A stretch of DNA of 60,889 nucleotides, filler included, from Gonapodya sp. JEL0774 (taxonomy: Eukaryota), in NCBI GenBank assembly GCA_027604505.1. It is 8 parts of 8 records of this genome, joined end to end, with 100 filler letters (N's around TTAATTAATTAA, not from the genome) between each part and the next. Parts side by side here need not be neighbours in the genome. Positions count along the whole stretch, not along the records: positions 23,016 to 30,568 come from JADIIX010000497.1; positions 30,669 to 38,189 come from JADIIX010000498.1; positions 38,290 to 45,780 come from JADIIX010000500.1; 5 more parts are not named here. One strand, 5' to 3'. The notes beneath the pieces are model-generated. The model was not told the origin of the DNA. It worked only from the letters and a program-made list of their open reading frames with translations, and did not search any database. Shown here one piece after another: positions 24,780 to 38,405 of this stretch (its first letter is position 1; each line of letters begins with the position of its first letter). The translations under genes were made by a program, and so were the position numbers.

Positions 24780-27650
24780 TCAAGTTGGTTCATTCGAGTC
24801 CAGTTCAGACTTTTCGCTCCACGACATCGCTATCTCAATGTCCTCTGCGGGCCAAAAGAATTCCAAGATGTAAAGCGCCACAATATCGAAAAGGACGATG
24901 ATGATGGAAATCATCCCTGCCAATGGGCCCACACGGGAGTACCTGATGGTATTGACAGGAAGACTGAGGGAGAAATTGCAAAGAAGTCGCAGAGAAGGGG
25001 CCACTTACAGCACGAGTCTGTGTGCAAGACTGGGTTCTCGCTTCGCGCACACTTTCGTGTAGACCTGTAGTGACGGTTTTCATTTGCAAACGTGACAATA
25101 AGGACATTCATCCAACGAACAAAATCCCCGTCGACACTTTCTTCTCCACCACGACTCCAACATACCTTCTCTGTTCTCTCCGCCACGTTCTTCCAACTGT
25201 ACATGTCCGCGATCTCCTTGTAAAACAGTTCTGGGCGTGCGTCGCCGCGTTTAACGGAGTGTACGGCGCGGGAAAGGGCGGTGACGAGATCTGAGGCAGC
25301 AACGCGAGTCAATGGATCCGTGTAGGAAGGTGAATTCGGGAGTGGGAGGGAAAGACGAGGAGCCCGTCATTCAATGTGAGAACCTTGCGCCATGAAGTCG
25401 AACACCTCCAGAGAGTCCCCAGGATCACGCATACACACCATCCACATTGGGTTCCGCAAAGAAGATCATGTGGTCCGGCAAGACCTCGGGTATTCCTCCT
25501 ACTCGAGTGCTCACTACCAAGAGGCTGACGTGCACATCAAGGATCCAATTGAAAAAAGAAGAACCAACTTGGATGCAAAACACCCAACACACCCAGCACA
25601 AGCGGCTTCCACTACGCCGATGCAAAACGCGTCGGTGAGCGACGTGTTGAGGAAGATGTGACCTTGGACGAGGACCTGTTGGGCAGGGGAAACAGACAAG
25701 ATTCGTGGTTGAGATTCATCGCCCTGCACCGTACCGTACCATTCAACCCCTCATCAGGTGCTGCTCCGTTCGAGATACATTACTCACATCTCTAACCTGC
25801 TCGTGCCGTATGGTTCCCAACACGTCAACTCTGTCCTGAATACCCCGCGCCTCCCGCATCTGTTCGAGTTCATGGCGTTGAGGTCCGTCGCCAACTATGC
25901 GCGCCAACGCGGCGGGTGAGGATGGAGGTGATCAGTATGAAAAGTGTGGGGAAACGAGGAAAGACTGTTGAATCACCAATGACGAACGACACGTCCGGGA
26001 ACAGTGCACAGATTCGAGGTACGACTTGGATCAGCAGGTCGGCGCCTTTGAGAAACGTGAGGCGGGACGCGACCATGATCGTGACTTTGGAAACGTGTCG
26101 CACACGTGTGTTGGAGGGGTAGACACAAATACGGCACAATCAACACAATGCATCAATGTTATAACGAACGGTGTGCACCCCAGCGCTGTACCATTGACGA
26201 AAGTTTGGGCAATCTGTGAGACGCACCTTGATCTGTCCTTGCTGCACCAGGTGCCGGTTTGAATTGCGATGCAACGACGGCGTTGGGGATGACGTAGATG
26301 CGGCGCGGGTTGACGTGGGCGCGGAGAGAGGTGTTGACTTTGCTGAATACGATTGGTGACGGAGGAGATGGTGGGGAGTCAAAATGAGCTGGTAGGCATT
26401 TTGAAGGGACGCGTCCTCCAGAACCCGAACAAGCACAGCAAGATCATCCACAGCATTTCCCTCAAATGCACTCTTCCCAGCAACCATCTCTCCATTGTCC
26501 ACCCCTCCACTCACCCAGCAAAGCTCACGCACACCACGGCGCCCACATCCGCCAAGGCGAACCTCAACAGTTTGTTGGTCAATATTGCACCCGTATCCCC
26601 GAAGCCGTACAGTGAGTGGTCCGTGAACACAGTGCGGAGGCCCATGGTGCGTGCGTGGAGGAGGGACTCGAGCGTCAAGGGGGAGAAGGCCTGGAGGGAG
26701 TGGGCAGGGGTCGGGTGCAAGTTACATACAGGCCATTCACTTCAGTTCAAGTGAGCCATCCGAACGATCATCTCTCATAGTGGGTAAATGCTTTCCTGGA
26801 CCGTCCTTTCTCACCGCCGCTGGGAGTCCCCTATGTGACCGTGTGTGTTGCCTATGTCCGAACAAGCTCATTCCTTCACCGCGCTCCCATCTGGTGCAAA
26901 TCAGCTTGCAGTCTTTCCGACTTTTCTTTCGGTCGATACTGAACGCGCACTGACCTGATGAGCATGAACCACCTCGACCCGTTCCCTGATCCAAATGCAC
27001 CTCATCAAGGGAAAGGTACTCCAGACACTTGGTAGAGTGGCCTGCTGGTACATGACCCATGCAGGTAAGTAATAGCACTTGAGGCCATTGGCGAGGTACC
27101 GTACGCCCTTTCTGTTGCCGTACGCGTGCGTGATAACTATGACCTGGACTCGAGAATGGATTGCGAGCAGTAGAGATGTATGGCGGGAAGCAGTGCAGTA
27201 TATGTAGTACCAGCGGTTAATGGGAGAAAATGTCATTGAAAAGTCGGGATGGAATATTCGATCCGTATCGCAGTTGATAGACCAGCGAGGACCGCGATAG
27301 GAGATATCGGGATTTCAGAAGACAGGAGTAGGAAAATGACACTTTAAGCCGGATGGGACGGATTGCAGACAACGCGAACCTTGTGCCCACGAGCGATCAA
27401 CTCCATAGCCAGGTGGAACATGTGGGACTCCACGCCACCCGAGCTTGGGTAGAAATAGTCCTGGTAGTTTGAATGAAAATTGAAATAAATTGGACGGACC
27501 AGTACTAGAAACGAGCATGAGCTCTGGTTGTCATCGCGCACTCACAGAGACCATACTGTTCACAGAAGAAGGAAAGCAGAAGAGCGATGAGACAGGCGAT
27601 GACGTCAGAAAAGGAAAGGATGATGCAACGGACCATATCGAGAACGGCAT
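24780..27650 (-). CDS. PIGA: PIG-A / GPI3 phosphatidylinositol N-acetylglucosaminyltransferase (many introns)
   Basis: [80 protein letters not shown] and a C-terminal TM segment. Confidence 0.93.
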
Positions 27651-27837
27651 AAGTGTGGATTTGGAAGTATCAAGGCTGTGCTCCTGGCGAGTGTCGAACA
27701 CTCTTCATCTCCAACTATTTTATAAGCTCTCCATATATTTCTAACACAAAATCCTCGGTGATACCTCAGTCGGTGCACATCAACCATTTCATTTGGTTTG
27801 AGAAACGAATCAATTCGCAAAGTCCTGGGTTTACGCC

Positions 27838-29670
27838 ATGTCAAGTGTCGACTTCAATCCACGGACGCTCTCCTCCTCTCCAATCCCTTCTTTTCGCCTC
27901 CTGGACCTACCTGCACCTATCATCTTGCGAATTTCCATCCGCTGGACCGATCACCGCCTTGGGCTACCCACACCAGCGCTTTCCCGTTACTTGGCACGGC
28001 TCTTTGGCACCACTGTCACTCTCGCTCTCCGCACTTCTCGGCATTCGGGATCTCCGGGCGCTGCTCTTCGTGAAGAGTGCCAACGTGACGTCGTGGATTG
28101 CGACGTTGTAAGGCAGTTGCTAAGGTTCCGCAGTATCCGCCGTCACCTACCTGCCGCTCTCCTTCACACTGTAGAACGGGGACTCTTGGATGTAGTAGCA
28201 TTGCTCGGAGGGCGGGCTGGGGCAAAGGTGCTAGAGGAGGCCATGGAGATGGCCGCGAGGCGCGGACACCATGACATATTTGTCCTGCTTTTGCAATTCC
28301 ACGATAGCAGAGTCATTCAAGAGGGACCGCGAACTTCTACCAGGGACGACGACTCCCGCTTCCCTTACAATCTTCTTGAAAGTGCCGTGGAGGCACTGCC
28401 GATCCTTGAGATCCTCTTGGGACGTTGTCTCGTCGATGGCAATCATGGCAATCATGGCATCAGCCAAAAAGATTTCAACTTGGCATTGGAGCGCACTTGC
28501 GCAACTTCAAATCTCGCTGCCATGTCTGCACTCTTGCACTTGCGCACTCAATTAATGGACAGAGGCGTGAGAGTGCGTCCCATCAACTTTCAGGAGCATC
28601 TAGTGCACAGTGTCCACAGTAATAATATTGACCTGGCGCAATTTCTCTTGGACAATGGTGCTAGTCCCAACGATTCAATCGACGGATATCACTACCCTCT
28701 CGAGACGGTAATACTGAATGGAAATCTTGCTATCTTCAAACTTTTCATACGATACGGAGCTACGATACCGCCTCATCATCCCAGTCCATTGTATCTCGCC
28801 ACATCCGCAGGCCATGTTCAAATTGTGGAAGCACTCCTAGATGCAGGTGCAAATGTCGATAGCCTAGCAGGCGGCGACGATTTAGTCGCTAGTCGGTATC
28901 CAACAGACCGTCCCCTGACTGTTGCTATAATGAGCGAATTGGACGTTGCGCGATTGCTGCTTGCTCGCGGAGCTGATGTTCTCTTAGCGGTGTACCCCTC
29001 TGGACCAGAGTGGCCGACTTCTCCAATTGCAGTTGCCGCGAGCCAGCAAAACCTGGCTTTTGTGCAACTCCTCTGCGACCACATTCAAAAAGATGAAAAT
29101 GCTTTTGACATCGGTCTCAGGTCTGCGCGCGAACAGGCGATTCACGACGCCCTCGCGGCAGGTGCGTGTGTTGGATCCAAGCAGATTGTGGAATTCTTAC
29201 TCAGCCGTGGTGCAAACCCAAACCTTGGACGCTACTTTGGCGAGTCAGCACTCACTGGAGCGTCCAGGCTATGGGGAGTGTACATTGTCCAAATCCTCCT
29301 CAAGCATGGCGCCGACGTCTCTATCGACAACGATGCTCCAATCCGAGCAGCGTTCAGTTCCCATGTTGGACATGGAGATATCATTGTCCAGTTACTGGAC
29401 TCGGGAGCTCAAGTGCACGCTGTTGAGCTTGAAATAATTGCGGCGGCATTTCATCAGTATGGCCGTACAGCATTCAATTGGGATCGATACGAGCGAATGA
29501 TAGCTGACGTAATCCAACGCTTGGATGTTGACTTCTGCAGGCAACTACTGCCACATATCAACAAGTATGACAAAGATGTGTTAGGGCGGCTACAACGGCG
29601 AATCGACAGTGACAACTCAGCTGATTGCGTAGATGACAACTCATCGATGAGCCGAGGGCGGGATGAATAA
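27838..29670 (+). CDS. F-box-like N-terminus plus ankyrin-repeat protein
   Basis: LLDLPAPIILRI..RLGLPTPALSR at the N-terminus; multiple ankyrin repeats (e.g. PLYLATSAGHVQIVEALLDAGANVD). Confidence 0.85.
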   Translation: MSSVDFNPRTLSSSPIPSFRLLDLPAPIILRISIRWTDHRLGLPTPALSRYLARLFGTTVTLALRTSRHSGSPGAALREECQRDVVDCDVVRQLLRFRSIRRHLPAALLHTVERGLLDVVALLGGRAGAKVLEEAMEMAARRGHHDIFVLLLQFHDSRVIQEGPRTSTRDDDSRFPYNLLESAVEALPILEILLGRCLVDGNHGNHGISQKDFNLALERTCATSNLAAMSALLHLRTQLMDRGVRVRPINFQEHLVHSVHSNNIDLAQFLLDNGASPNDSIDGYHYPLETVILNGNLAIFKLFIRYGATIPPHHPSPLYLATSAGHVQIVEALLDAGANVDSLAGGDDLVASRYPTDRPLTVAIMSELDVARLLLARGADVLLAVYPSGPEWPTSPIAVAASQQNLAFVQLLCDHIQKDENAFDIGLRSAREQAIHDALAAGACVGSKQIVEFLLSRGANPNLGRYFGESALTGASRLWGVYIVQILLKHGADVSIDNDAPIRAAFSSHVGHGDIIVQLLDSGAQVHAVELEIIAAAFHQYGRTAFNWDRYERMIADVIQRLDVDFCRQLLPHINKYDKDVLGRLQRRIDSDNSADCVDDNSSMSRGRDE

Positions 29671-30568
29671 TGTTCTTCTGATATAAAAATTATTCTCATG
29701 GATCTTACATGCAATATACTTGTAAAACAGCAGACAATTGACACAATATTCGGGTGACTACCAAAGTGAGCGGCAAAAACGATGTTGGATTAAACGCGGT
29801 GAAGTCGTCATTTCTGCTCGAAGTCTGTGGGACATTCCGGCTAATAGCAAGATTTGGTGCTCTTTTGAGCCACTGTGGCAGGGATGGAACTCATCAGTCC
29901 GCAAATTGGGGAACTGCGAGCTACATGGGACATGCATGAATAATCTGCAAGCGGCAAACCTGATGAAGAAGTGATCGTATTATTGTCGTACAGTGTAGTA
30001 CATTGCACTTTCGCAAAATGTGTTTGACTCACAGTATTCCTAGTATGCACACGCCTCGTCTGAGCAATGGCACACATACAATCTATTGACTAATACTATA
30101 CGCAGTTAGAAGTGTCCTCGGCGCTTTCTCTCACGGTTGACCGAAACTGAGGACAAAGCACCCAAGGGGAGACATCAGCGAGTAGAAGTGAACAATCTCA
30201 TGGCGGAGCCGTTGATGGCGATGAGAAACGGGCGCACTCTGAAGTGGGTTTGGGCTTGTGCCGACTGCCGAGCTCCTCCACAGAAACTCCCCACCCACAG
30301 CCTCCTCGAAAAATCCACACCGTACTTCCACCATCAGGTTTGGCGGTGATCGGCCAGCGTTTTCAGATACTGTGGTCTGAGTAGTATCCTCACAGGAAAG
30401 GAATCGCTGGGATGGGCGAACCGGCGACGAGGATGGCAGGTTCTGCATCTCACGAAAGTGGACGTGATGACGCCTGAATACATGCGTAGTCGATGATCCA
30501 TCTTTCCTAGGTGTGCAAATCAACGTAGTAGGTCTATTGTACTTGATTCTGCGCTAGGAAACAAGAGA

Positions 30569-30668
30569 NNNNNNNNNNNNNNNNNNNNNNNNNNNNNNNN
30601 NNNNNNNNNNNNTTAATTAATTAANNNNNNNNNNNNNNNNNNNNNNNNNNNNNNNNNNNNNNNNNNNN
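30569..30668. other. Artificial contig linker
   Basis: N44-TTAATTAATTAA-N44. Confidence 0.98.
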
Positions 30669-31488
30669 TCCGTGATGGATTTCTGGTGCGTCGACTCTCC
30701 AAGACGCGTGATATCGGGGTATTTTGGGTATCCATTTGCCATCTCGTTCAAGCTGTCACGGTCTCTGGAAACACAATGCGAGGACAGCGATCGCCTCATC
30801 GTGTGACCAAAGCGTTCGCCGAACGCAAGGTCCAACAACTGTAGCCCAGAGAATTGAGATTGGATAATCAATTTAGGTTTATTGTACTCGATAGAGGTCT
30901 ATAGTTTGGGAAGTGGTAGTGTGAAGGTGGAGGTTTACACCGGCCGTGTGGAGAAGGTGGTTTGAACTTGATCCGGTGGGTTTTGGTTGGATGGTGGATG
31001 ACGTCTCGCAAAATTCCACCTTTCAGCAATTGATTCGAGGTGCATTCCCTCCCTCCGGGACACAGGGATATGGCAAGCTCAAATATATATGTACTAAGGT
31101 TGTGACGAGGTGAGCTGCCATCCGAGCATGTTCATTTCTTTGGAATGCAGTTACTAGATATTAGAATCACCATCCAGATGGGTTCACAGAAGCATTTATA
31201 CTCAGAACCTTGGGAGCACTAACGACCTCGGTCGGTCCGATTTACAGTTCGACAGAACGGCAACGTTTTGTGCGCAGGATTCCACCACGGCGTAACACCA
31301 TGTCGTTGAATTACGACTTGCCTGTAAACTACCATCAAATCTCTCGCAAAGCTTATTCGGTCACTCGATCCGGCAGAACTAACAAGTCCGCGCGGTCACG
31401 TCCGCGGACCTCTCACTGAGCTTTGACACATGAGTCAAATACCAGACACTCCACAAACACTTTCATTACATTTTGCGTTGAAAGGATA

Positions 31489-32858
31489 ATGGGAAATTCT
31501 TCAAGCTTGTTTGTTCCCCAAGGTGCTGCACCCTCGTTATTCGGACTGATCATCATGACATCGGACTCTGAACAAGATTGTGCCCCGACATGGCTACGAC
31601 CAGGGCTGTGATACCGGATTCGGCTTCCTTACTGCCCTCGATCTCGCCCGTGACGGTTTCCACGTGTTCGCCGGCTGCTTGACTGACCGGGGTATCGATG
31701 CCTTGAAATTGGAAGCAAAGAAGCGTCAGATCGCGGAACAGAACATCACGGCGTTTCGGCTCGACGTGACAAAGGAAGAAGATGCCAAGAGGTGCTGGGA
31801 GATGGTACGCGGGATCGATGGAGGGCTGTTTGCACTCGTCAACAACGTGAGCACGATCTCAAGTGGCAAGCTTGTCCATTCGCATCATACTTGTGCCAAC
31901 CTCAGTGTTTTGTCTTCTTTGGTCCTTGACTTGCATAACACTCACAAGGCTGGAATCGGAGGAGGAATCTTCTTGGACATGACTCCCGTCGAAACATTCG
32001 AGAAGGTCTTTGCGGTGAACACGTTTGGGGCTGTTCGGTGAGCATTCAAACTCGAGTTTACTTGTTCATGCGTATACACTGATTCAAGACGTCTTCCTCA
32101 TCTTATGGGGTAAGTATGACTCGATGGCTCCTCCCTTCCCTACGAAAATACAGCAAAGTCAACCCGGATCTTCCACCCTCTCGCATTGTCATGATAACAT
32201 CTGCTGCAGGGAGGATTTCGTCACCTGGAATGAGCGTCTACTGCGGCTCGTGAGTAGGCCATTCACATCCAACGGCGTGAGTTGCCTAGCTTCCCTTCGT
32301 TCGCAGAAATCAAGATCCTTTCCTTTTTGCATCGTGTAGAAAATTCGCCCTGGAAGGAATCTCCGACGCTGTCCGCCGAGAGCTCAAGCTCCACAACCAT
32401 CGCGTGGAGGTTGCTGTCATTGAGCCGTTTTTCGCTAACACACCGATTGTTGTTCACCATACGGGAGAAGAACGCTTGCGGATTTGTCGAGAAGGAGCGA
32501 TCCCCGAACTCCGAGATCAAGTCATGGCAGATTACGGCGGGGAGGACTTCCTGCTCTGGTCCGCCAAGCAGGACGTGGCATCGCCAAGTACGATACACAC
32601 GCGTTTGTCTGAATTACCGAGAGTGTATCTAAGCACTTGCATCTGCTTTTTCTCACAGTGATGGACCCCCAACAAGTCGTGGACGTCATCACCGAGCAGG
32701 TGAAGCGGAGGCAGCCGCGGGTGCGGTCACTGGTGGGATCAGCGGTGGAGAGGACCCTGTTCTTGAGGATTCCGGAAAGATGGATTGATTCGTTCTTTGA
32801 GGCTGAGTCGCGGCGCAGGCATGTGCGGTATCAAACGCACCTCCAGAAATCCACGTGA
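31489..32858 (+). CDS. Short-chain dehydrogenase/reductase (RDH/17beta-HSD/BDH1-like), spliced
   Basis: GCDTGFGFLTALDLARDGFHVFAGCLT, LFALVNN/AGI, VNTFGAV, YCGS(K) and IEPFFANT. Confidence 0.85.
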
Positions 32859-33238
32859 GCAGCCGATACTGATTTTTATGGGATGTCATCAACCTTCAAC
32901 TCTTTGGAATTGCTTTGTATGTAAAAATGCTCACATTGAGAATATATAGTTTTAGTAGAGCCTGGTGACAGTATATCGGATTGACTGCCGCGGTGATCAA
33001 TGGACGATGAGAGAGTAAAAACACATTCAAATCCACGAGTTGGCCCACCCCGCACCACTCTGGATAGACTGTCGTTCTCACATACATCGCGTTTGGTGTA
33101 CGAAAACGATGAAGTTCGTTGGCAAACGATCTGATCGGATTTCGGCTGGATAATTCATCCGCGTCGCCGGTCAACACACTGATTTCATTCCTGCTTCTGT
33201 TCCCGCACCAATCACTACACACTCGATCGCCGCTACGC

Positions 33239-34557
33239 ATGGAAGTCATTGGGTTTGTCGGATTGGGTGGGATGGGAGCTGCGATGGCTGGAAATATCCA
33301 GAAAAAACTGTTCACTCGAACTTCAACCAAGTATCAAGGACCACTTCGGGTTTTCAATCGAAGCATCGAGAAGGCTCGAGCCTTGGAAACCATTGGATGC
33401 AAAGTAGCGTCTACACTTGATGCGGTGAGCTCTTTTTGGTTGACTACTTCCTCTTCTGGAGGCCAGCACTGAAAGACCTACCGCAACTGTCTCCTCTCCC
33501 CCTCGGCGATCGCATGTTGGGAAAGGTTGCTGGCGAGTGCACGATCGTACACATCATGCTTACCGATGATTCTGCTGTCTCCTCGGTAGTCGCGTCTTTG
33601 CTCAGTGCGAGCAATCGAATCACCTCCATCATCGTGAACCACTCGACCATCTCTCCTTCCGGCGCCGCAGAGCTGCACACTCGATGTTCAGCCGTCAATG
33701 TTGACTTCGTTCCCTGTCCTGTTCTGGGTCGGCCCGATAGAGCAGAAGCCGGCGTTCTTGGAGCGCTGTTTTCTGGAACGGCGAAAGGAGTTGTGGAGAG
33801 GATTCTTCCCGTACTGGAAACGTTCACATCCGCACAAACGGACTTGGGTCCTGATATCAAAGCTGCAAACTCTTTCAAGCTGATTCTTGTGAGTTTAGTG
33901 CAACCCAGCGGTCGAGGCCGTTCTGGCAATTGGAAGCATTCTTGTGTTCAAATTATTTACTTTGTGATTAAAGAACTACCATTTGCCAGTCGGCATGGAG
34001 ATGATCAGCGAAGCCATGTGGTGAGTCTGGAACTTCACGTTGGAGCTGATATCCGCCCAGTGTAACGGCGAGACCTGATTTGTCGCGCCTATAAGTCTGA
34101 TGGATAAGAATGGAATTGACCGCCAACATCTGCTCACGTAAGTCCCTCAATCGTTTCCTTCGATGATCCAGTCATCTCTCGTTCATGTCAGGTTTTGATG
34201 CGTTAGCTTCTATGGCTTCCTCATGGGCCGAGGTCTTCCGGGTTATGCGCAGACCATTGCTACAGACGATTTCAAGCAGGGCATGTCTGTGACAAACGGA
34301 CAAAAAGATCTCCGTTTGATACTTGAACTTGGAAAAGACAGTGGAGTGAAGCTTCCCTACGCAGAGCTTGCAATGGATCGGATGAAGGAGGCGGAGAAGA
34401 GGGGCAGAGGAGATCTTGATTGGGGTAAGTCTAGGATCGTATAGCAATTGATCGTGACGAGTCCTGAACACTGCTATCGCACTCTTCTCATGCAGCGGTG
34501 ATGGCTACAGTCGTGAGGGAGGAAAATGGGTTGCCGACGGGACTGCCAACAGAGTAA
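33239..34557 (+). CDS. 3-hydroxyisobutyrate/6-phosphogluconate-dehydrogenase NAD-binding family enzyme, spliced
   Basis: IGFVGLGGMGAAMAGNI, VFNRSIEKA, NHSTISP, PVLGRPDRAEAG and GQKDLRLILELG. Confidence 0.85.
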
Positions 34558-35222
34558 GACCACAATGAATTGCCTCGTCGTGCAATGAGATCTGTTATAT
34601 CTCCCAGTCCCAAAACAAAAATGGTTTTCTTGCATGGGCAATGCCTGTATTTCCGCGTTCAATATAATGCGAATGCACTCAAACAAAATGCAGGTTAGAT
34701 CAACACCGAAGAGGACTAAATGTGGGTCTTCTGTCAATCGTCAGGCGCATTAGCAAGTTCCCCTTGCATTTGTGCGGGAGTTGAGGTGATCTCGGGTATA
34801 CGTGCATTATACGCACTGGCTGATCCCCGCGGCCGTCGGAAAGGTGATTGCGAAATACCACGGTGCCATTGAAACATCAATGGAGTCTGATTTGGAGGTG
34901 GTACACCCTCATAAATCGTTGTCAAGCGAGAAGGTGATGCGCTGGTGGTCGAGTGACAACACTTTCCAACATTCGAGGACGCAAATCCGGATTCTGGACG
35001 CATTCGTCAACTCTCCGAGGACTTGCTTGCGATCAGATTCAACCGAAGCGTTGATGGATTGTGCCTCCCAAAACTGGGTCGCAAGCTTGGTGGTGCTAAG
35101 ACGGAGTTCAGGCCCTGGCTGAGAAAGGTATTCAGCCGGCCCTCGATCATGACATAATAAACATACATAAATGGAAACCGCCGATTCCTTGCACGATTCT
35201 CCAGAGCATCACAAAGTTGATC

Positions 35223-36466
35223 ATGTCTTCCAGCGATAACTTTGATTGTGGGTATCCAGTCCTGATGGACTCAACCCGTCACTGTACCCCACATCAACTT
35301 ACCTGCCTCAATCCTCGACTGCTCATCACATTTACCTCTAGGGTCTCACACTGCCTTCGGCTATGAGCCATCCACACCCCTTGCCCTCGTTTTCCTCGCC
35401 TTTTTCGCCATCAGTGGGGTAGTGCATTCCGTCCAGGCATTTTGGTTCCGCTCAAGGGTCACGGTTGCGATCATAATCGGTTGTTTTAGTGAGTATTCCA
35501 CCAGCCAAATACACCACGCTACGCATTTTACTGACCCAATCCCTACTCTCGCTACTTTCGGTGATGCAAACCAGTTGAGGTGCTTGGTTTCGGACTCCGG
35601 CTCACTTCAAAGAGTGCTGTTCGGGCAAATCCAAAAGACACCCTTCTTTTCTCTATACAATTTGCACTGATAGTTCTAGCGCCCATATTCTTGGCAGCGG
35701 CGGTATACTTGCTTCTTTCTCACATGTGAGTTTTCTAGGTTGATTAAAGCGCAGGGCGGGTTCATTTTGAACATTTGTATGTGCTCCCAACTTGCATCAC
35801 AGCATAAACCTCGTTGGGGATCAGTATTCCCCCATGACCCGGCGGGCAATCTCGAACATCTTTATCGCAGCCGACACGTCCGCATTCCTGGTCCAAGTAA
35901 TTGGTGCTTGCCTTATCCTGATCCCACAGCCTGGTTCTAGCATTTCAAACGTCGGTCTGAAGGTGATGATCTTCGGTCTGGCCATACAAGTTGTGGGGAT
36001 CTTTGCATTTTCAGGGGTCGCGGTGGCATTCTACGTCAGAGCGTCAAATGTCAGAGGGAAGTGGCACGTACAGATGTGGAGCCTGTTTCTGGCAGCAACG
36101 TTGATTCTCGTGAGTGTCTTTTGTTTCAGAATACGTGCTCATTTTCTCAAACCATCTCTGTGATCACATAAATCAAAGATTCGCAACTTGTATCGCATGG
36201 CAGAGTACTGGCAAGGTTTCGACAATGCCATTGCCCTCAACGAGAGCCTGCTCTACATCCTCGATGCTGGGCTCATGTCTGCACTCGTGGTGCTGTTTCA
36301 TGTGGTTCACCCCGGAAAAGTTTTGAAGGGAGATAATCTGACTGACACTGTCACCAACACCGAGACCCACGAAATGGACATTGAGGAAATGACACGTAAA
36401 TATGTGGTTATGCCCCAACCTCCGCTGGAAGGGGCATCCAAGATGAACAGGGGCGGCAGGGCATGA
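35223..36466 (+). CDS. RTA1-like 7TM lipid-translocating exporter, copy 1
   Basis: FGYEPS, LAPIFLAAAVY, IFIAADTSAFLVQVIGA, IRNLYRMAEY and LYILDAGLM. Confidence 0.85.
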
Positions 36467-37064
36467 TTGGCCGTGGATGGATGCAGTGTGAACCGTTGCA
36501 GTCTGGAGGAGACTGCATGGGACAGCATGGTGCGACCCAGTTTACAGAGACCGTGTTTTGGCTCCTTGATATCATATCATGCTATTCTGTAATCGATAAC
36601 CAATGAAATAGGAGACATACGCAGCAACCCTCATGGCGAATTGGTTGACTACCGCATATATACAGTATGCCCAACGTGGTAGGCGCCTCTTTTCCTTTTT
36701 CCATCTCCATTTCTCCCTCTTTTTGTCACTGTGGCTACTCCAATTCTCTCATGAGGTTTGCGTTTTTGTATGGTTGTGATTCGCTTTTTACCTTTGTTAT
36801 TCTCTCGCACCAAAAAACGAGCTCGAAATCAGCTCTCGTGAACCGTCTCAGTATCGGCACTTCCACGACCCAATCTACTCTTCTCTTGCGTCACATGTGT
36901 TCGGATATTCTTTCGGTTGCCTTGGTCTGCCTTGTACTGAGGAGCCGTGCTGAGGCCGTGTTGCGACAGAAATTCATCCGCATAGTGCCGGTTGCCGGTT
37001 TGCTTTGGAGAAAAGATACAATCGAACTGTTCCACCACTCTCAGCATAATCCCGATTCCAAAAA

Positions 37065-38189
37065 ATGTCTTCCAACGATGAATTCGACTGTATGTTCTTG
37101 GATTGTGTGATGGAGCTCGCCACCGTACCCCGCATCAACTTGTGTACCTTACCTCCCATCACCTCCAGGGTCTCAAACTGCCTTCAGCTATGAACCATCC
37201 ACGCGACTTGCTCTTATCTTCCTATCTCTATTCGCCATCAGTGGAGTAGTGCATGCGGTTCAGGCGTTTTGGTTCCGGTCGAGGGTCATGGTTCCTGTGG
37301 TTCTTGGTTGTTTCAGTAAGTTTCCCCCCGTCAAGACGGCGTGCCTTCTACCTTACTAAACAATCTTTAACTCTCGGTACGCTTGGTGGTGGGAATCAGT
37401 TGAGGTGCTTGGTTTCGGACTCCGTCTACCTGCGAAGGATGCTACTCGTGCAGACCCAAACGACACGCTTCTATTCTCCTTGCAATTCGCTCTGATCGTT
37501 CTCGCTCCAATATTCTTGGCTGCGGCTGTATACTTGCTTCTTTCTCATATGTTCGTATTTGAGACTTGACGTGCGGATTGTGGACAGAACCGGCACTCAC
37601 TTTGAACATTATGGTATTTCTTATTCTCCACGAATCACAGTATAGGCCTTGTGGGAGATCAATATGCTCCCATCTCCCGCAGGGCGATCTCCTACATCTT
37701 CGTGGCTGCCGACTCTTTTGCCTTCTTGGTGCAAGTCCTCGGTGCTTGCCTCATCCTTATCCCAGTGATCGGCTCTCCCATTTCAAACGCCGGGTTGAAG
37801 GTGATGATCTTCGGACTGGCCATACAAGTCGTTGGGATCTTGGCGTTTTCGGCAATTGCGATCGCATTCTACGTAAAGGCGTCAACAGTTAGTGGAAAAT
37901 GGCACCTCCAGATGTGGTTCCTGATGCTAGCAGCGATGTTGATTTTAGTGAGTTTCATGGGAAATGGACGTCTCTTTCTGACACATCGACTGACCATCTG
38001 CTCGAATATCACATCTGTCAAGATCCGCAACCTCTATCGGATGGCAGAGTACTGGCAAGGTTTTGACAACGACATTGCTCGGAACGAGAGCTTGCTGTAC
38101 ATCCTTGACGCTGGTCTCATGCTCGTCCTCGTGGTATTGTTTCACGTGGTTCATCCTGGGAAAATTTTGAAGGGAGTCGGGCGGGCTGG
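37065..38189 (+). CDS. RTA1-like protein, copy 2 (3'-truncated)
   Basis: Tandem paralog of copy 1 with the same intron positions. Confidence 0.85.
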
Positions 38190-38289
38190 NNNNNNNNNNN
38201 NNNNNNNNNNNNNNNNNNNNNNNNNNNNNNNNNTTAATTAATTAANNNNNNNNNNNNNNNNNNNNNNNNNNNNNNNNNNNNNNNNNNNN
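38190..38289. other. Artificial contig linker
   Basis: N44-TTAATTAATTAA-N44. Confidence 0.98.
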
Positions 38290-38405
38290 GGATGGGATGA
38301 ACACTCGAAGGTTAGTTCCCTTCAGGGATATCACTCCCGCGTCATCCGCATCCAACCTTCTCCCATTTCTAGTATATCTTCCCTTTTGTTTCTCGTTTCT
38401 ATCGG

